Shown here: in pieces, positions 36,266 through 49,018 of the stretch | Layout of the letters: every line of letters begins with the position of its first letter | How positions within the stretch are numbered: the stretch's first letter is position 1 | Assembly (NCBI GenBank): GCA_013239625.1 | Contig: MU057340.1 | Span: 7,892,931 to 7,956,930, forward strand | DNA: 64,000 nucleotides | Direction of reading: 5' to 3' | DNA from: Lama guanicoe | Lineage: Eukaryota | Made by a program: the position numbers and the translations under genes | Notes under the pieces: generated by a model | Databases searched by the model: none | Told to the model about the DNA's origin: nothing | What the model saw: the letters and a program-made list of their open reading frames with translations, nothing else

Positions 36266-38705
36266 TTACTTCTCTCCCCACGCCTTTTGGCTTGGGACAG
36301 GCATCCTGCCATCCCAAGGGTCTGGAGGGACATACAGTTAAAAAAATCCCCCTTGTGAGTGCAGTGCTCTTAGCAGGTCTCAGATTTAGAGCTTATTCAT
36401 GCTGGACATTCGCAAGTGCCCCAGGTGCTAACAAGGCAACAGCAGCCGAAGTCTTCGCCAAAGGGTCTTCCCACAGCTGCATCCCAGCGCCGAGTCTGTG
36501 AAGTGGTCTCCGGCTTCCTCCTGGCTGCTGTCTGGAATGCCTCTCTGCTTTGACAGGCACTCGTCTGGGGAAAATGTAACCGCAGGGAACAGGAATCCAA
36601 ACCAAGGTTTCCCTGGCTTTTCACAAAGGCTTCCTGCCCACACCCCACCATCCCACAAGCCCCAGGTCACCAGATCCACAATCTTTGTTGAAAATGACTA
36701 GCTGTGGCCATGAGGTGGTGGGGAAGGGAAGCAAGGAGATACCATCTGGCATGAGGCAGCTGGGGTTTTCAGTAATACTTTCTCTCTGAGTATCTTCCCA
36801 AAGCAGCGGAGACGAGAGATGAGCAGAGCACTCGATGGCACTGAATCCTCTCCCAGACGTCTGGCACCCTGGGCATGGCATCTGCCAGGGCTCACTGGGG
36901 ACATCCCCTGAAGACGCCTGGAACTCCGAGTATCCCTGCAGGAGGAAGAGAAGCTATGCCAGGGCCTGATATTTGGGGGGTGGAGGGTGTAGATAAGGAA
37001 ACTTGCAGTTAACTGAGTATTAACCCTTTAAGAACCAAAGCTTGATCCCTTAACCCCTCCACCCCAAATTCTCTCTGTTGGTTAGGAAGCTTCCCACGGG
37101 AATCACGCATTTCTACCATCATGAGCCAGGCTCATTCGTGGAATATCAGTTAGTGTGTCTCACTGAGCCACTTGAACAGTCTTCCTAATCTTGGATCCCT
37201 CAGCTCTCTGTGCGCTTTTTACTTCACGCTTTTGTGAAGTCAGTGTTTCCCTCAGACCCCCAATTTGACGGCGTGGCTTCTTGAAACAAATATTTGGTAT
37301 ATCCCTTGCTCGGCTTCTTTGCTAACTCATCTACTCTAACCTGGGAGCCAATTTTCTAAGTGTCTTGGATTCCTCTGGATGTCACATGAGCCTAACGCCT
37401 GCCATCGAGGAAGACGGATAGAACTAGATTGTGCAAAAATCTTTTTCCCTGTGATCAACAATTCCTATTTTCAAGTGCCTTTGAATTCTTGTTCCAGTTC
37501 TTGAGTGCTTTTCGCTTTTTTTTGTTTGTTTGTTTCTACCAGCTTTGTGTCACTGTTACTTAGCACCGCTTCATCAGCACCTGACTCTAGCTGTCCCTTT
37601 CCTGCCACGGGGTTCTCTGCTGCAGGCTGTAACGTCAGATCACCAGGCATGTTAGAATTGTGCATAAACTAAGAATTAGTAAGCGCTGAGTGAGGGCTTA
37701 GGTGGCTTTCCTAGGAGTAAAGGGCATACAGTTTGTCTCGATGGTCCCAAGCCTGACTCCCTGTATCTGATTAGAGTTGACATAGCTGATGTGACACAGG
37801 GCCAAGCATTAGTTAAAGCATAGTCACAATACACTTTATTTATATTCCTCTCATCCCCATATAATGGAGAAGCATAGCCTCATCGCTGGAAGGGATATAG
37901 ATCATCTATTCAAAACCAGCATGTGACAGATGGAGACGCAGAGACTCCAAGTGAGGATAAACGGCTGGCTGAAGATCTCACTATTTAACAGAGATCCTAG
38001 AACTTCTTTTACATCTCCTGATTCCCAACTGAATCTCTTTTAGACATTACTAGTGGTTTAAATGCTCATCAGTTCATTCATTACGCATTTGCAGCAGAAG
38101 CCAAATATGTACTGACACGGTGGATTCATGGGAGATCTGTTCAGACTGTGCTGGTCTGTGGGGAATCTCTGAAGCATCTCCAGAGAAGTCTGGAGCTTCT
38201 AGGACTGAGGTATCTGAAAACTGATACCCTATATAATTCACCCTACATAAGCCCACCCACCCAGCCTTAGGTGAACCAATAATTATATCCTCCATGTTTG
38301 GGAGATGGCAAGACTGAATCCAAAGAGGTAAAACGTGGTTGGTCCAAAGTCAAACAGAAGGTTAGGGCCAGCGCAGAGCCTGGAATCTGGAGTCCTGACT
38401 CCAAGCCTCCCCTGCTTCCCACACATCCTGTGCTCCTCTCTCCAGAGTGACAACAGCTTCTTGGAGAAGAATTCCAACCCTTGAGAAGGGCAAGCCAGTG
38501 GCAGTGTTGGAGATGATGGAATCCCTGGAAGAGCTGCTGGAGGAAACCAGGGAGGGCCTCTCCCTTTATTCACATCCCAGTCATCCCTGAATTCACACTC
38601 AGCCCCCAGAGACTTGCTCACCTCTAGACAGCACCTGAGTGAGTGACTTGGCATGCCTAGGGCCTCACAACACTTCTGTCAATGGACATTAAGAAGTTGA
38701 TCTTC

Positions 38706-38707
38706 AG

Positions 38708-38744
<37 letters not shown>

Positions 38745-39184
38745 GGAATACTACTCAGCCATAAAAAGAATGAAATTTTGCCACTTGCAGCAACATAGAT
38801 GGACTTGGAGGACATTATGCTAAGTGAAATAAGTCAGACAGAGAAAGACAAATACTGTATGATATCACTTATATGTGGACTCTAAAAAATACAACACTCT
38901 AGTGAATATAACAGAAAAGAAACAGACTCACAGATATAGAGAACAAACCAGTGGTTACTGGTGTGGATGAGAAAGTGGGGAGGGGCAATACTAGGGTAAG
39001 GGATTAAGAGGTACAAACTATTAGGTATAAAATAAGCTACAAGAATAAAGCCAATATTTTATAACTATAAATGGAGTTTAACTTTTAAAAATTGTGAATT
39101 ACCATATTATATACCTGTAACTTATATAATATTGTACAGCAACTATACTTCAATAAAAAATACATTTGATAAATATTCCTAATA
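38706..39184 (+). mobile_element. Cetartiodactyl L1 3' end (ORF2 C-terminus plus 3' UTR)
   Basis: atggaatactactcagccataaaaagaatgaa (MEYYSAIK...), atgctaagtgaaataagtcag, polyA; degenerate TSD aagaagttgatcttc (38691-38705) / aaaagattgatcttc (39185-39199). Confidence 0.88.
38709..38742. repeat. Perfect (CA)17 microsatellite
   Basis: Uninterrupted CA run directly before atggaatactactcagcc. Confidence 0.95.
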
Positions 39185-39254
39185 AAAAGATTGATCTTCC
39201 CTCAATAACAAAGCTCCCAAATGTGTAGAAGTCAAACAGTCTTCAAGGTCGGGA

Positions 39255-39845
39255 TCCTCAAACCCCAGATTATCACAACAGCCTCCCACTTGTCTCTCTG
39301 CCTCCTTTCTCTCTTCTCCAATCTGTCCTCCACACTGTCACAAAAAATAAGCTTTCTAAATCACATGCTGAAAAATCTCCAATAACTCTGTTGCTTACAG
39401 AAAAAAAACCACCCAAACTCAGGTGTCAGAAAACATACACACCCTTAAACTACAGGTCTTTCCAAATTCATCTCCCTATAATACTCCTCTTAGTGTGGCT
39501 TATTCCAAACTTAGCTTCTTGAAATCGCCCACATGTGCTCCATTCTTTGCTGGCTGGGGCCTCTCAATAGCCATTTTCTCTGCTGCAACCGCCTTTCCGT
39601 TTAGAGCCAGAGACCCAAACCCTGCTGATGCTCCAGGATCCAGTGCCCACAGAAGCAATCACTGCCTCCTCCAAATCCTTTCATATTTCATCTGTACCTC
39701 TCTCAAGGCATTTATCACACTCCATTTTGTATCACTATTATTTATAGATATGTCAGATCTCAACTTTCAGGCCATTTTTTTTTTTAAACAAGGACCATCT
39801 CCTGGTTTATTTTCACACCCTTTGTGGGACTTAGTGGTACCCTGA
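39255..39845 (+). mobile_element. L2 fragment
   Basis: caacagcctcccact...ctccaatctgtcctccacactg...gcatttatcacact. Confidence 0.65.
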
Positions 39846-39859
39846 TTACAGCAGATTTA

Positions 39860-40065
39860 CTGTGGCAGAATAAGAACTGCACGGACATTTTCAGTCTCAG
39901 AGGATTGGATTCAAATCCTACCTCTGCTACCCACCCCACAAGTTGCATGAGCTCTGCCAGGGTGTTTAACTGTCCTGAGCCTCAGTTTCCTCATCTGAAG
40001 GAAGGAAACAGTATCTCCTTGGCAGGGCTGTTAGGAGAGTTAGTGATAAGGTGAGTAAGATGTCC
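39860..40065 (+). mobile_element. MIR SINE
   Basis: ggattcaaatcctacctctgctac...ctgagcctcagtttcctcatctg. Confidence 0.85.
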
Positions 40066-43000
40066 ACTATAGTTTCTGACATAAATAATTAGATAAATAA
40101 GTGGGCACTTTAATAAGTATTTTTGGAGGAAAAAAAAGAACAATTGAGGGGAGCAGTAAATGTGTGAGAGGAAGACCCAACTGAATTGGAATTGACAAGT
40201 GATCAATTTCAGGAAGCCTGACTAGCTCTCCTTCCTTCCTCCCTTTAGACCCAAACAGAGAGCATCCCCAAATAGAAAGTGTTCGCTTCACTGCCACTCC
40301 TTTTCACAGCTGATCCTGCACCTCTTCCAGTTTGGGGAAGGGCCTTCTAGTTCCCCCAGGATCCTTTCCCTAAACCTCAGGTTGCGGGTGTTTAAATATG
40401 GCCCCCAGATGGTCCGGAGAAGGAGAGGACAGCCCCATCCTTCCCTCCCCACCCTGCCTGCCTCACCCACCAGGCCAATGAGAAACAGGTGATTGCAGAG
40501 GGTCCTGGGGGAGGCTTTGATCTGCCGGCTGCACAGAAGCCAGCTGAGCCAAGAAGGAGCAGTGTCAGATTTATTGCGGCCCTGAGAAGTACAGATATTA
40601 GGTTGGCTGTAGCTCACTGACCTCTTCAGGCTTTCCATTTGGGTCTCAGATTTATTGCCTCCTTGGCTTTTTTAATTCCCAGGGATCTGTGCCTTTAACA
40701 TTTCTGCTCCAGCCCCTACCCCCCCGCCCCAACTCACAAGGACTTCCTGNNNNNNNNNNNNNNNNNNNNNNNNNNNNNNNNNNNNNNNNNNNNNNNNNNN
40801 NNNNNNNNNNNNNNNNNNNNNNNNNNNNNNNNNNNNNNNNNNNNNNNNNNNNNNNNNNNNNNNNNNNNNNNNNNNNNNNNNNNNNNNNNNNNNNNNNNNN
40901 NNNNNNNNNNNNNNNNNNNNNNNNNNNNNNNNNNNNNNNNNNNNNNNNNNNNNNNNNNNNNNNNNNNNNNNNNNNNNNNNNNNNNNNNNNNNNGCGAGAT
41001 ATTTATGGCAGATACAACTGTAATTATTTACCTGTAACAAAGTCCAGGTCTGTCTGCTTCAGGTGATTCAGGCAGCAGAGGGACAGGGAGAAAAGATTCA
41101 TCTTCCTCTTGTCCAAAAGTTGACCTTTTGCCCCAGGGTCCTTTCCCCACTCATTATAAAAATGCTGATGGGCTAAGCATGGGCTGTTTCCCGTGTGTCT
41201 TCCGGATACCCGTGTTAAAATAGATGGACCCAAAAATATACGTATACATACAAGAAGGGACGGCAAGGAGAGAGACGTGGGAGCCCCTTGAAGGCAAGCA
41301 GGGTTTGTGCTTCTTTTTCTTCTTCTTTCCGGTTCGAACTTACATGGGGGTAAATGCTCCATCAGTATTTAAAGGTATAATGCTTTCCTGGAAATATATG
41401 CAAAATAATACATAACAATGAGTGTGGGCCCCCAGAATAGTCCCCTGCAGAGATTGCGTGATTCTTACCCAAGCTGCTTTCCCGCAGGAGATCTGGGTGT
41501 CAGCCTGGTCTGAGGCATCTTCCTAGGTAGGTCATTTCTTATCGCTGGTCTTGCCAATTACAGTTCACTTTCACCCAAAAATGTTTCTCAAGGTAACGAC
41601 CCAGTTTAAGGGCAGACAGGGTTTCCAAACAGCTTTTGGAAAACCATAATCCATCTTGAAAAGGCAAAGATATGGCAACTTTGACCACATCCATATGCCT
41701 GTGCTGTGGCTCCCAGGACAATTCCAACGAGCAGACGAAGATTTTTTCTGGGCTGTAACAGCCATGTAGGAATAGATGTATTGCCCATCTAAGGGACTTA
41801 TTTTTTTTTTTCACAGGACCAGCATCTATTTGAAAGAATATAAAACTTCCTGTATGTTTGTAAATATAACAACAACAAATATAAGCCAATTCAATTTATA
41901 TTCTCAACTTGCATACTATCATGCAGGTTGTTGGTGTTTGTGCTCTGGACAGAGGCTCCAAGAACGAAAGGCATTTGTGTGACGTTCCACGCTCCACATG
42001 GTGGGGAGATTTTTGTCTTTTGGCTTCTCTCCTGGCATTTGCATGGTTCTGAATCTTCTCGCCATCATGCTGAAATGATCAAGCTGCTGCAGACTTTAAA
42101 CTTGCAGATAAAGCACTCCAGCTTGCTTGTCTCAGTGTGATGGCGAGGAGATTCTGGTCAAATTGTTTTTTTCATTTGAAAATACTACATGCACCGAGTA
42201 AAACATGTGAAAAGACATCAAAGTAGAAAGCCAAGGACCACCTAGGGTCCAGTGATTGATTTCTTCAAGGATTGTTTTTTCCTAAGCCTATGGTTTACTT
42301 ATTTGCAATCAGGTTGAATAGACCAACTTTTATTTGACGTTGTAAGACACATACCTTCAGATCTTATGGAGAGCTCTTCCCACATATCCCTTTTAACAGC
42401 TGTGCTGTGTCTCCTTATGTGGCTGTGTACAGCATTGCTTTATTCTTGTCAATTATTGATGCTGTTGCTTCTCCAAAGTGTTTTTATCTCTTCCTCAGGA
42501 TTCCTAATACAGGAGCATCCCGGAGGAGGGAGGATAGGAAGTGCTTGGTGTCCACGTCCAAGTGGACAGCCACTCCCTCCTTGTCTGCTCTAGGTAAAGC
42601 CGAGGGCCCAGGCACAGGACCCATGGTGACAGCTGCTCCTCAGGGACCCCGGGGCTCCTGGTCCAGGCCTCTGCACTGTTGGGTCAGAGTGCCCCCCTCA
42701 ACCATCCGGCGACAAAGGCTTCCCCCGCGCCCCACCTGGGGAGACAGCTGGGCGGGTTCTTTCAGCCATGGGCTCTCAGATTCCTGCTCAGTCCTATCTC
42801 AAAACAGGATCTGGGTGGTCTGCCCCTGGTGCCACGGTGGGTTTATCCCAGCCCACTGGCCCCTGTATCAAGGCCCCACGGATTGCACTTGTCTTGCTAG
42901 AGGAAATCACAGCAGATCTCTGTGGCTTATAATGGGGCTGGGCTGGGAGCTAGCGCTCCAGAGGCCCCTGCCCCTCTCTGAGGGTGACACCTACCTACAA

Positions 43001-43159
43001 GCCATGATTTCCCAGCATACCCATGAGATTTTTGAAGCCCACTGCCCCGAAATTGTCCTAATGATGTGCTTGTGTTGACTAATAATGTTTGTACGTGCAG
43101 GAACATGGTTATGCCTAAGGAACTGGTGTTCATATTTATTACTGTGATGGAGAAATTAC

Positions 43160-43290
43160 ACAATGCCAGGCACTGTGTGGACAAGAGAGACCAGCTTTCC
43201 CAAGATCACACAGCCACAGAGTCACAGGCTGGGTTTAAATCCCTGTGGGCTGATTTCAAAACCAAGGTCTTTTCCATTCACCACTCTGTC
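43160..43290 (-). mobile_element. MIR SINE fragment
   Basis: cccaagatcacacagcc...ggctgggtttaaatccc...ctgatttcaaaacc. Confidence 0.65.
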
Positions 43291-46200
43291 CATGCCAGAA
43301 ATCTCTGGAATTATCTAGTCCTCTCTTCAGACGAAGAGACCAAGACGTTAAGGAAAGTGGAGCGCGCTGTGCTCACACAGCTTGTTGGGGACGGGGTCAA
43401 GTCTCCAAAGTCTGTCCAAGGCTGATCACTTGGTAGCAATTGATAACAGAACAGAGCCTCCAGGTGGTGTGAGTCTGGGATGTTGAGGAAGGAGCAGAGG
43501 CCACCTCGGAGCAGTCTTTTGTTCCTCCAGGCATCTGAGGGTTTCCCTTGTGTTCCGAGTGCTCCTGAGTCCCTGCCTCCCAGCCCTGCATACATGCCAA
43601 GCGGTTTGTAAAGGAACAGCACGTTCCCATGAACTCCGGAAAGCAGAAAGCCCAGCCAATTCAGCCCAAGCAGGCGTTCCAAGCCGGCCTGGGGACCTGT
43701 CAGTCAATGATCAACTTGCCCGTCACCGTCACCGGAGCCTCCCAGAGATTAGCCCGCCTGGGACAGGTGGATCTGGTTTCCAAGCGACGATCTGCGGTGA
43801 TTCCTCAGGGCCTTGCTGGAGGGTGGGCCCTGGGAGGGGAGAAGCTACTGTTAGGCCTCAAAGCCCCAACAAATCCTTCCCCCAGCTGGGGAGGGCACCA
43901 GACAGTCCGACACCCTGGCTGAGCCGATTTGGCACACCCGGGAGCAGCTGATGTGGCTCTCCATTTTCCACGGCGCGTCTCGAGAAGCTGTGCGCCTGAG
44001 CCTTCCTGGGTGGCAGGATAGGCACTTGGAGCCGATAGATTCGCTATCCTTCTGAAGTGCTCAGGAAGAAAATAATAATTGCATAATAATTGAATGGCAA
44101 CATCTTGCATTTATAGTCCTTTATTTCCCCCTCCAAAGAGATTTTGTATCCATTATCTTCTATGGACACTCTGTTGACAAAACCACTGCAAGTGTATTTG
44201 AGAAGGGATTTGGCTGAAATGACCACAAAAACCTGGAGGAGAAATGAAATGCCTGTGGGTCATGCCATCAACTGGCCAAGTGGACAGAGTCTCCCTTACC
44301 CAGCTGCTGATCCAGACCTCTTCCTGCTCTAAGCATGTTCTGCTTAAGAAAGCTTTGTCATTTCAAATGATCCCTGTTATCTATATGATTATATAAACAC
44401 CCTGATTGAAGCCTTTCAGTGGAAGTTGACTGAGTCCAAAATCCTTACTAGGGCAAATGAGTACTTTATGACCTGACCCTCACCTCCAATTTCCTGAATG
44501 TACCAGAGAACTTAGTGCTTCTGCTCTCTGGCATAAGCTGTTCTTTTTTTGTCATACCCTTCCTTCCTCTGTCTACCTGGAGAACTCCTATTCATCCTTC
44601 AAAACCTTACACAGGCATCCACTCCTCTCTGCACATCCTTAAATCATGCTTCCTCTGGTTCACTTCAGAACTTTGCACATTTGGGAGTTCAAAGTCAGCA
44701 TGCATAGAGGTCCCTCTTCCCTTCAGAGGCTGTAAGATTATTCTTATGGTAGCATTTGAAACTCAAAAAGCATGGTTCAGTGCTTGACACATTACACATA
44801 CTGAGTAACAGCTTGCATCCTCGGCCTATAAAGAGGATTCCACTGGCACATGTTTCTAAGGAGTTTAGGCCAAGGACTGGGGAAGGGAAAGACTCAATCC
44901 TACATCTCTAGTCAGGGCCCCAGAAGCTTAACATGGCATCCTAGCAGGGTTGACCAGATAGGACAGAGGCTGACTTCCGGCAACTTGGAGTGCTTCTCTG
45001 ACACTTGCTCCTGAGCTCTGAGATAAATGTCATCCTTCATGGCCATGTGGGTTGGTTCAGGATAAGTCCTGGTTGCTAAGGCCAGGAGCCGAGCCCATTC
45101 TCCAGCAGAGTCTGTCTGAGTCCACACTCCAGGTACACATGTAATATGGCAGTGATAGTAGGCAACCAACCTTCATGGCGTTAACCTCCATGCCCTGCTT
45201 CATCCTGACTAAGGTGTCCTGCCCATTTGCTAGATGCCTTTAGTCCTGCCCCAGACTTGTTCCATGCATTGATATCTACTCCCGGCTTCTACCCATGATT
45301 CCCATTCTTGTCTTTCTTCCAAATCCATCTCTCTAGGACACCTACCTGCAGATAATTTGTGATCTTCTTTAAAGGCCCAGCCCCAGGCTAGACCTTCCCC
45401 AGTAGTAGAGCCCAGGCTAGCCCACCCTCTGTCTTTCCTCCTCCGGGAAGCATGCACTGAGCCTGGTCCAACCTAGCAAAGGGTTGGAACCATATCCTAA
45501 CTCCCCAAATTGAGAGACTCCTTTGATATGACTTAGGGCCTTGGAGACTGGACCCCATCTCTGCCTTCCTCAAACTCTTCTGGCTACAGTCCACCGAGAT
45601 CTGGGAGTTAGTGAAGTAAAACACCCTATTTGGGGTCTTGGTGTCTCAGATGTTTCCTGCTGCCCAGGGAAGATTTCCAGCCTGGGGGGAGGTCCACCAA
45701 GCCTGAGAAATTTGTCTGAGTCCATCAAAGTCACATGGGGACATAAAACTCAAAACCCCGCTCCCCAGCAGGAAGGCTCCGCTCTGCCAAGACATCAGCA
45801 TGCCTTACCATCAGTAATGACTGCTGCTGAGACTGGGAGAACCGAGTAAGATAAAAAAGATTTTAAACTGTTCAGTCGTCCAGAATTGCCTGTGGTCATG
45901 ATACAGGTATCAGGCAGAGGTGGGAAGAAGACCCACCTCTCAGAAATTCACCTGCCAACCCCGCCACCCACACCACCTTAGGTCTAGGGTCATGATCCAT
46001 CAACTCATGCCATGGCTGGGCTGTTCCTTTCTCAGTCTAGCGAAACTGAACCCTTCCGTGTCCTTGGCCACTTTGCAACATGAATCCATTAAATGTTGGA
46101 AGGGCATACGAGAAACAAAAGGAGGAAAATAATTATTTATATTTACCATTGTATTACTTTTGAGCTCCTGGGGATGTGGTGAGATTAACTTGAGTCATTT

Positions 46201-46323
46201 TGAATGGCTCAAAGCACTGTTGTTGAAAAGCATCTCATCCTTTGAGAAAATATTGGCACCCAGGGTGTGCATGTTAAACAAGCGAGATGATCTTCCCTGG
46301 AGAACGCGTGAGCCATCAGAAGA

Positions 46324-46469
46324 TTTTTGTTTCTCTTAATTTTTGGGGGGGGTGGGTAATTAGGTTTATTTATTTATCTATCTTTGGAGGATGTACTGCG
46401 AACTGAACCCAGGACCTCATGCATGCTAAGTATGAGTTCTACCACTTGAGCTGTATCCTTCCCCTCCCC
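46324..46469 (-). mobile_element. Camelid tRNA-derived SINE (Vic-1-like)
   Basis: Reverse complement ggggaaggatacagctcaagtggtagaactcatacttagcatgcatgaggtcctgggttcagttcgcagtac has Pol III A box (agctcaagtgg) and B box (ggttcagttc), then an (AAAT)n/A-rich tail. Confidence 0.85.
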
Positions 46470-46708
46470 AAAGATGTTATTGACCCTTCCTTGTGGACCC
46501 TTTGAGGCAGGGTGCTGGGAATCAGGGCAAAGGATGTGGGGAAGTGAACGAGGAGAAGTGGGGGATGAAAGTCCATCTGAGGAACCCACAGTCTATTTGG
46601 GGAGACAAACAGGAATGGACGAAAACCCCAACAATTGCAAGGTATAAACAGGCATTTTGGAGTTCAGCTGTCAGTTCCCCCAATAAGCCTGGTGATATGG
46701 GGGTTTCT

Positions 46709-49018
46709 TTTTTTTTTTTACATTTTTTATTGATTCATAATCATTTTACAGTATTGTGTCAAATTCCAGTGTTCAGCACAATTTTTCAGTCCTTCATGGA
46801 CATATACACACTCATTGTCACATTTTTTTCTCTGTGATTTATCATAACATTTTGTGTATATTTCCCTGTGCTATACAGTGTAGTCTTGTTTATCTATTCT
46901 ACAATTTTGAAATCCCAGTCTATCCCTTCCCACCCTCTACCCCACCCCCGGTAACCACAAGTCTGTATTCTCTGTCCATGAGTCTATTTCTGTCCTGTAT
47001 TTATGCTTTGTTTTTGTTTGCTTGTTTGTTTTTGTTTTTTAGATCCCACATATGAGCAATCTCATATGGTATTTTTCTTTCTCTTTCTGGCTTACTTCAC
47101 TTAGAATGNNNNNNNNNNNNNNNNNNNNNNNNNNNNNNNNNNNNNNNNNNNNNNNNNNNNNNNNNNNNNNNNNNNNNNNNNNNNNNNNNNNNNNNNNNNN
47201 NNNNNNNNNNNNNNNNNNNNNNNNNNNNNNNNNNNNNNNNNNNNNNNNNNNNNNNNNNNNNNNNNNNNNNNNNNNNNNNNNNNNNNNNNNNNNNNNNTCC
47301 TGAAGTAGATTTCCTTCTGGATACAAGCCCAGGAGTGGGATTCCTGGGTCATATGGTAAGNNNNNNNNNNNNNNNNNNNNNNNNNNNNNNNNNNNNNNNN
47401 NNNNNNNNNNNNNNNNNNNNNNNNNNNNNNNNNNNNNNNNNNNNNNNNNNNNNNNNNNNNNNNNNNNNNNNNNNNNNNNNNNNNNNNNNNNNNNNNNNNN
47501 NNNNNNNNNNNNNNNNNNNNNNNNNNNNNNNNNNNNNNNNNNNNNNNNNNNNNNNNNNNNNNNNNNNNNNNNNNNNNNNNNNNNNNNNNNNNNNNNNNNN
47601 NNNNNNNNNNNNNNNNNNNNNNNNNNNNNNNNNNNNNCTTCTGCCCATTTTTGGATTGGGTTGTTTATTTTTTTCTTATTGAGTCGTATGAGCTGCTTAT
47701 ATATTTTGGAGATCAAGCCTTTGTCGGTTTCACTTGCAAAAATTTTCTCCCATTCCGTAGGTTTTCTTCTTGTTTTATTTCTGGTTTCCTTTGCTCTGCA
47801 GAAGCTTGTAAGTTTCATTAGGTCCCATTTGTTTATTCTTGCTTTTATTTCTTCTAGGAGAAAATTTTTGAAATGTATGTCAGATAATGTTTTGCCTATG
47901 TTTTCCTCTAGGAGGTTTATTGTATCTTGTCTTATGTTTAAGTCTTTAATCCATTTTGAGTTGATTTTTGTATATGGTGTAAGGGTGTGTTCTAGCTTCA
48001 TTGTTTTACATGCTGCTGTCCAGTTTTCCCAACACCATTTGCTGAAGAGACTGTCTTTATTCCATTGTATATTCTTGCCTCCTTTGTCGAAGATGAGTTG
48101 ACCAAAAGTTTGTGGGTTCATTTCTGGGCTCTCTATTCTGTTCCATTGGTCTATATGTCTGTTTTGGTACCAATACCATGCTGTCTTGATGACTGTAGCT
48201 CTATAGTATTGTCTGAAGTCTGGGAGAGTTATTCCTCCAGCCTCTTTCTTTCTCTTCAGTAATGCTTTAGCAATTCTAGGTCTTTGATGGTTCCATATAA
48301 ATTTTATTATGATTTGTTCTAGTTCTGTGAAATATNNNNNNNNNNNNNNNNNNNNNNNNNNNNNNNNNNNNNNNNNNNNNNNNNNNNNNNNNNNNNNNNN
48401 NNNNNNNNNNNNNNNNNNNNNNNNNNNNNNNNNNNNNNNNNNNNNNNNNNNNNNNNNNNNNNNNNNNNNNNNNNNNNNNNNNNNNNNNNNNNNNGTGTAT
48501 AATTCTTTCACCTCCTTGGTTAGATTTATTCCCAGATATTTTATTACTTTGGGTGCTATTTTAAAGGGGATTGTTTCTTTACTTTCTTTTTCTGTTGATT
48601 TATCGTTAGTGTAAAGAAATGCAACTGATTTTTGAACATTAATTTTGTAACCTGCTACCTTGCTGAATTCTTCGATCAGCTCTAGTAGCTTTTTTGTGGA
48701 CCTTTTAGGGTTTTCTATATATAGTAACATGTCGTCAGCATATAATGNNNNNNNNNNNNNNNNNNNNNNNNNNNNNNNNNNNNNNNNNNNNNNNNNNNNN
48801 NNNNNNNNNNNNNNNNNNNNNNNNNNNNNNNNNNNNNNNNNNNNNNNNNNNNNNNNNNNNNNNNNNNNNNNNNNNNNNNNNNNNNNNNNNNNTTTGAGTT
48901 TTTCACCGTTGAGAACTATGCTGGCTATAGGTTTGTCATATATAGCTTTTATTATGTTGAGATATGTTCCCTCTATACCCACTTTGGCGAGAGTTTTTAT
49001 CATAAATGGGTGTTGAGC
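46709..49018 (-). mobile_element. Young camelid L1, 5'-truncated (about 2.3 kb), with 13-bp TSD
   Basis: polyT at 46708-46719, 3' UTR, open ORF2 3' half; TSD tatgggggtttct at 46696-46708 and 49019-49031. Confidence 0.95.
47039..49003 (-). pseudogene. L1 ORF2p C-terminal fragment (RT core with YADD through C-terminal domain); no promoter or endonuclease domain
   Basis: 654-aa frame with [48 protein letters not shown]; the first Met is internal. Confidence 0.93.

Noticed and set aside
41026-41042. Minus-strand ctttgttacag|gtaaat resembling a recursive splice site or exon boundary next to a masked block
   Set aside because: Short pyrimidine tract, non-optimal donor, and no evidence for a host transcript or its strand.
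42407-43078. 223-aa ORF, the longest non-L1 frame
   Set aside because: Non-ATG start, no recognisable domain, and a Pro/Trp/Arg/Ser-rich composition typical of chance frames in GC-rich non-coding DNA.
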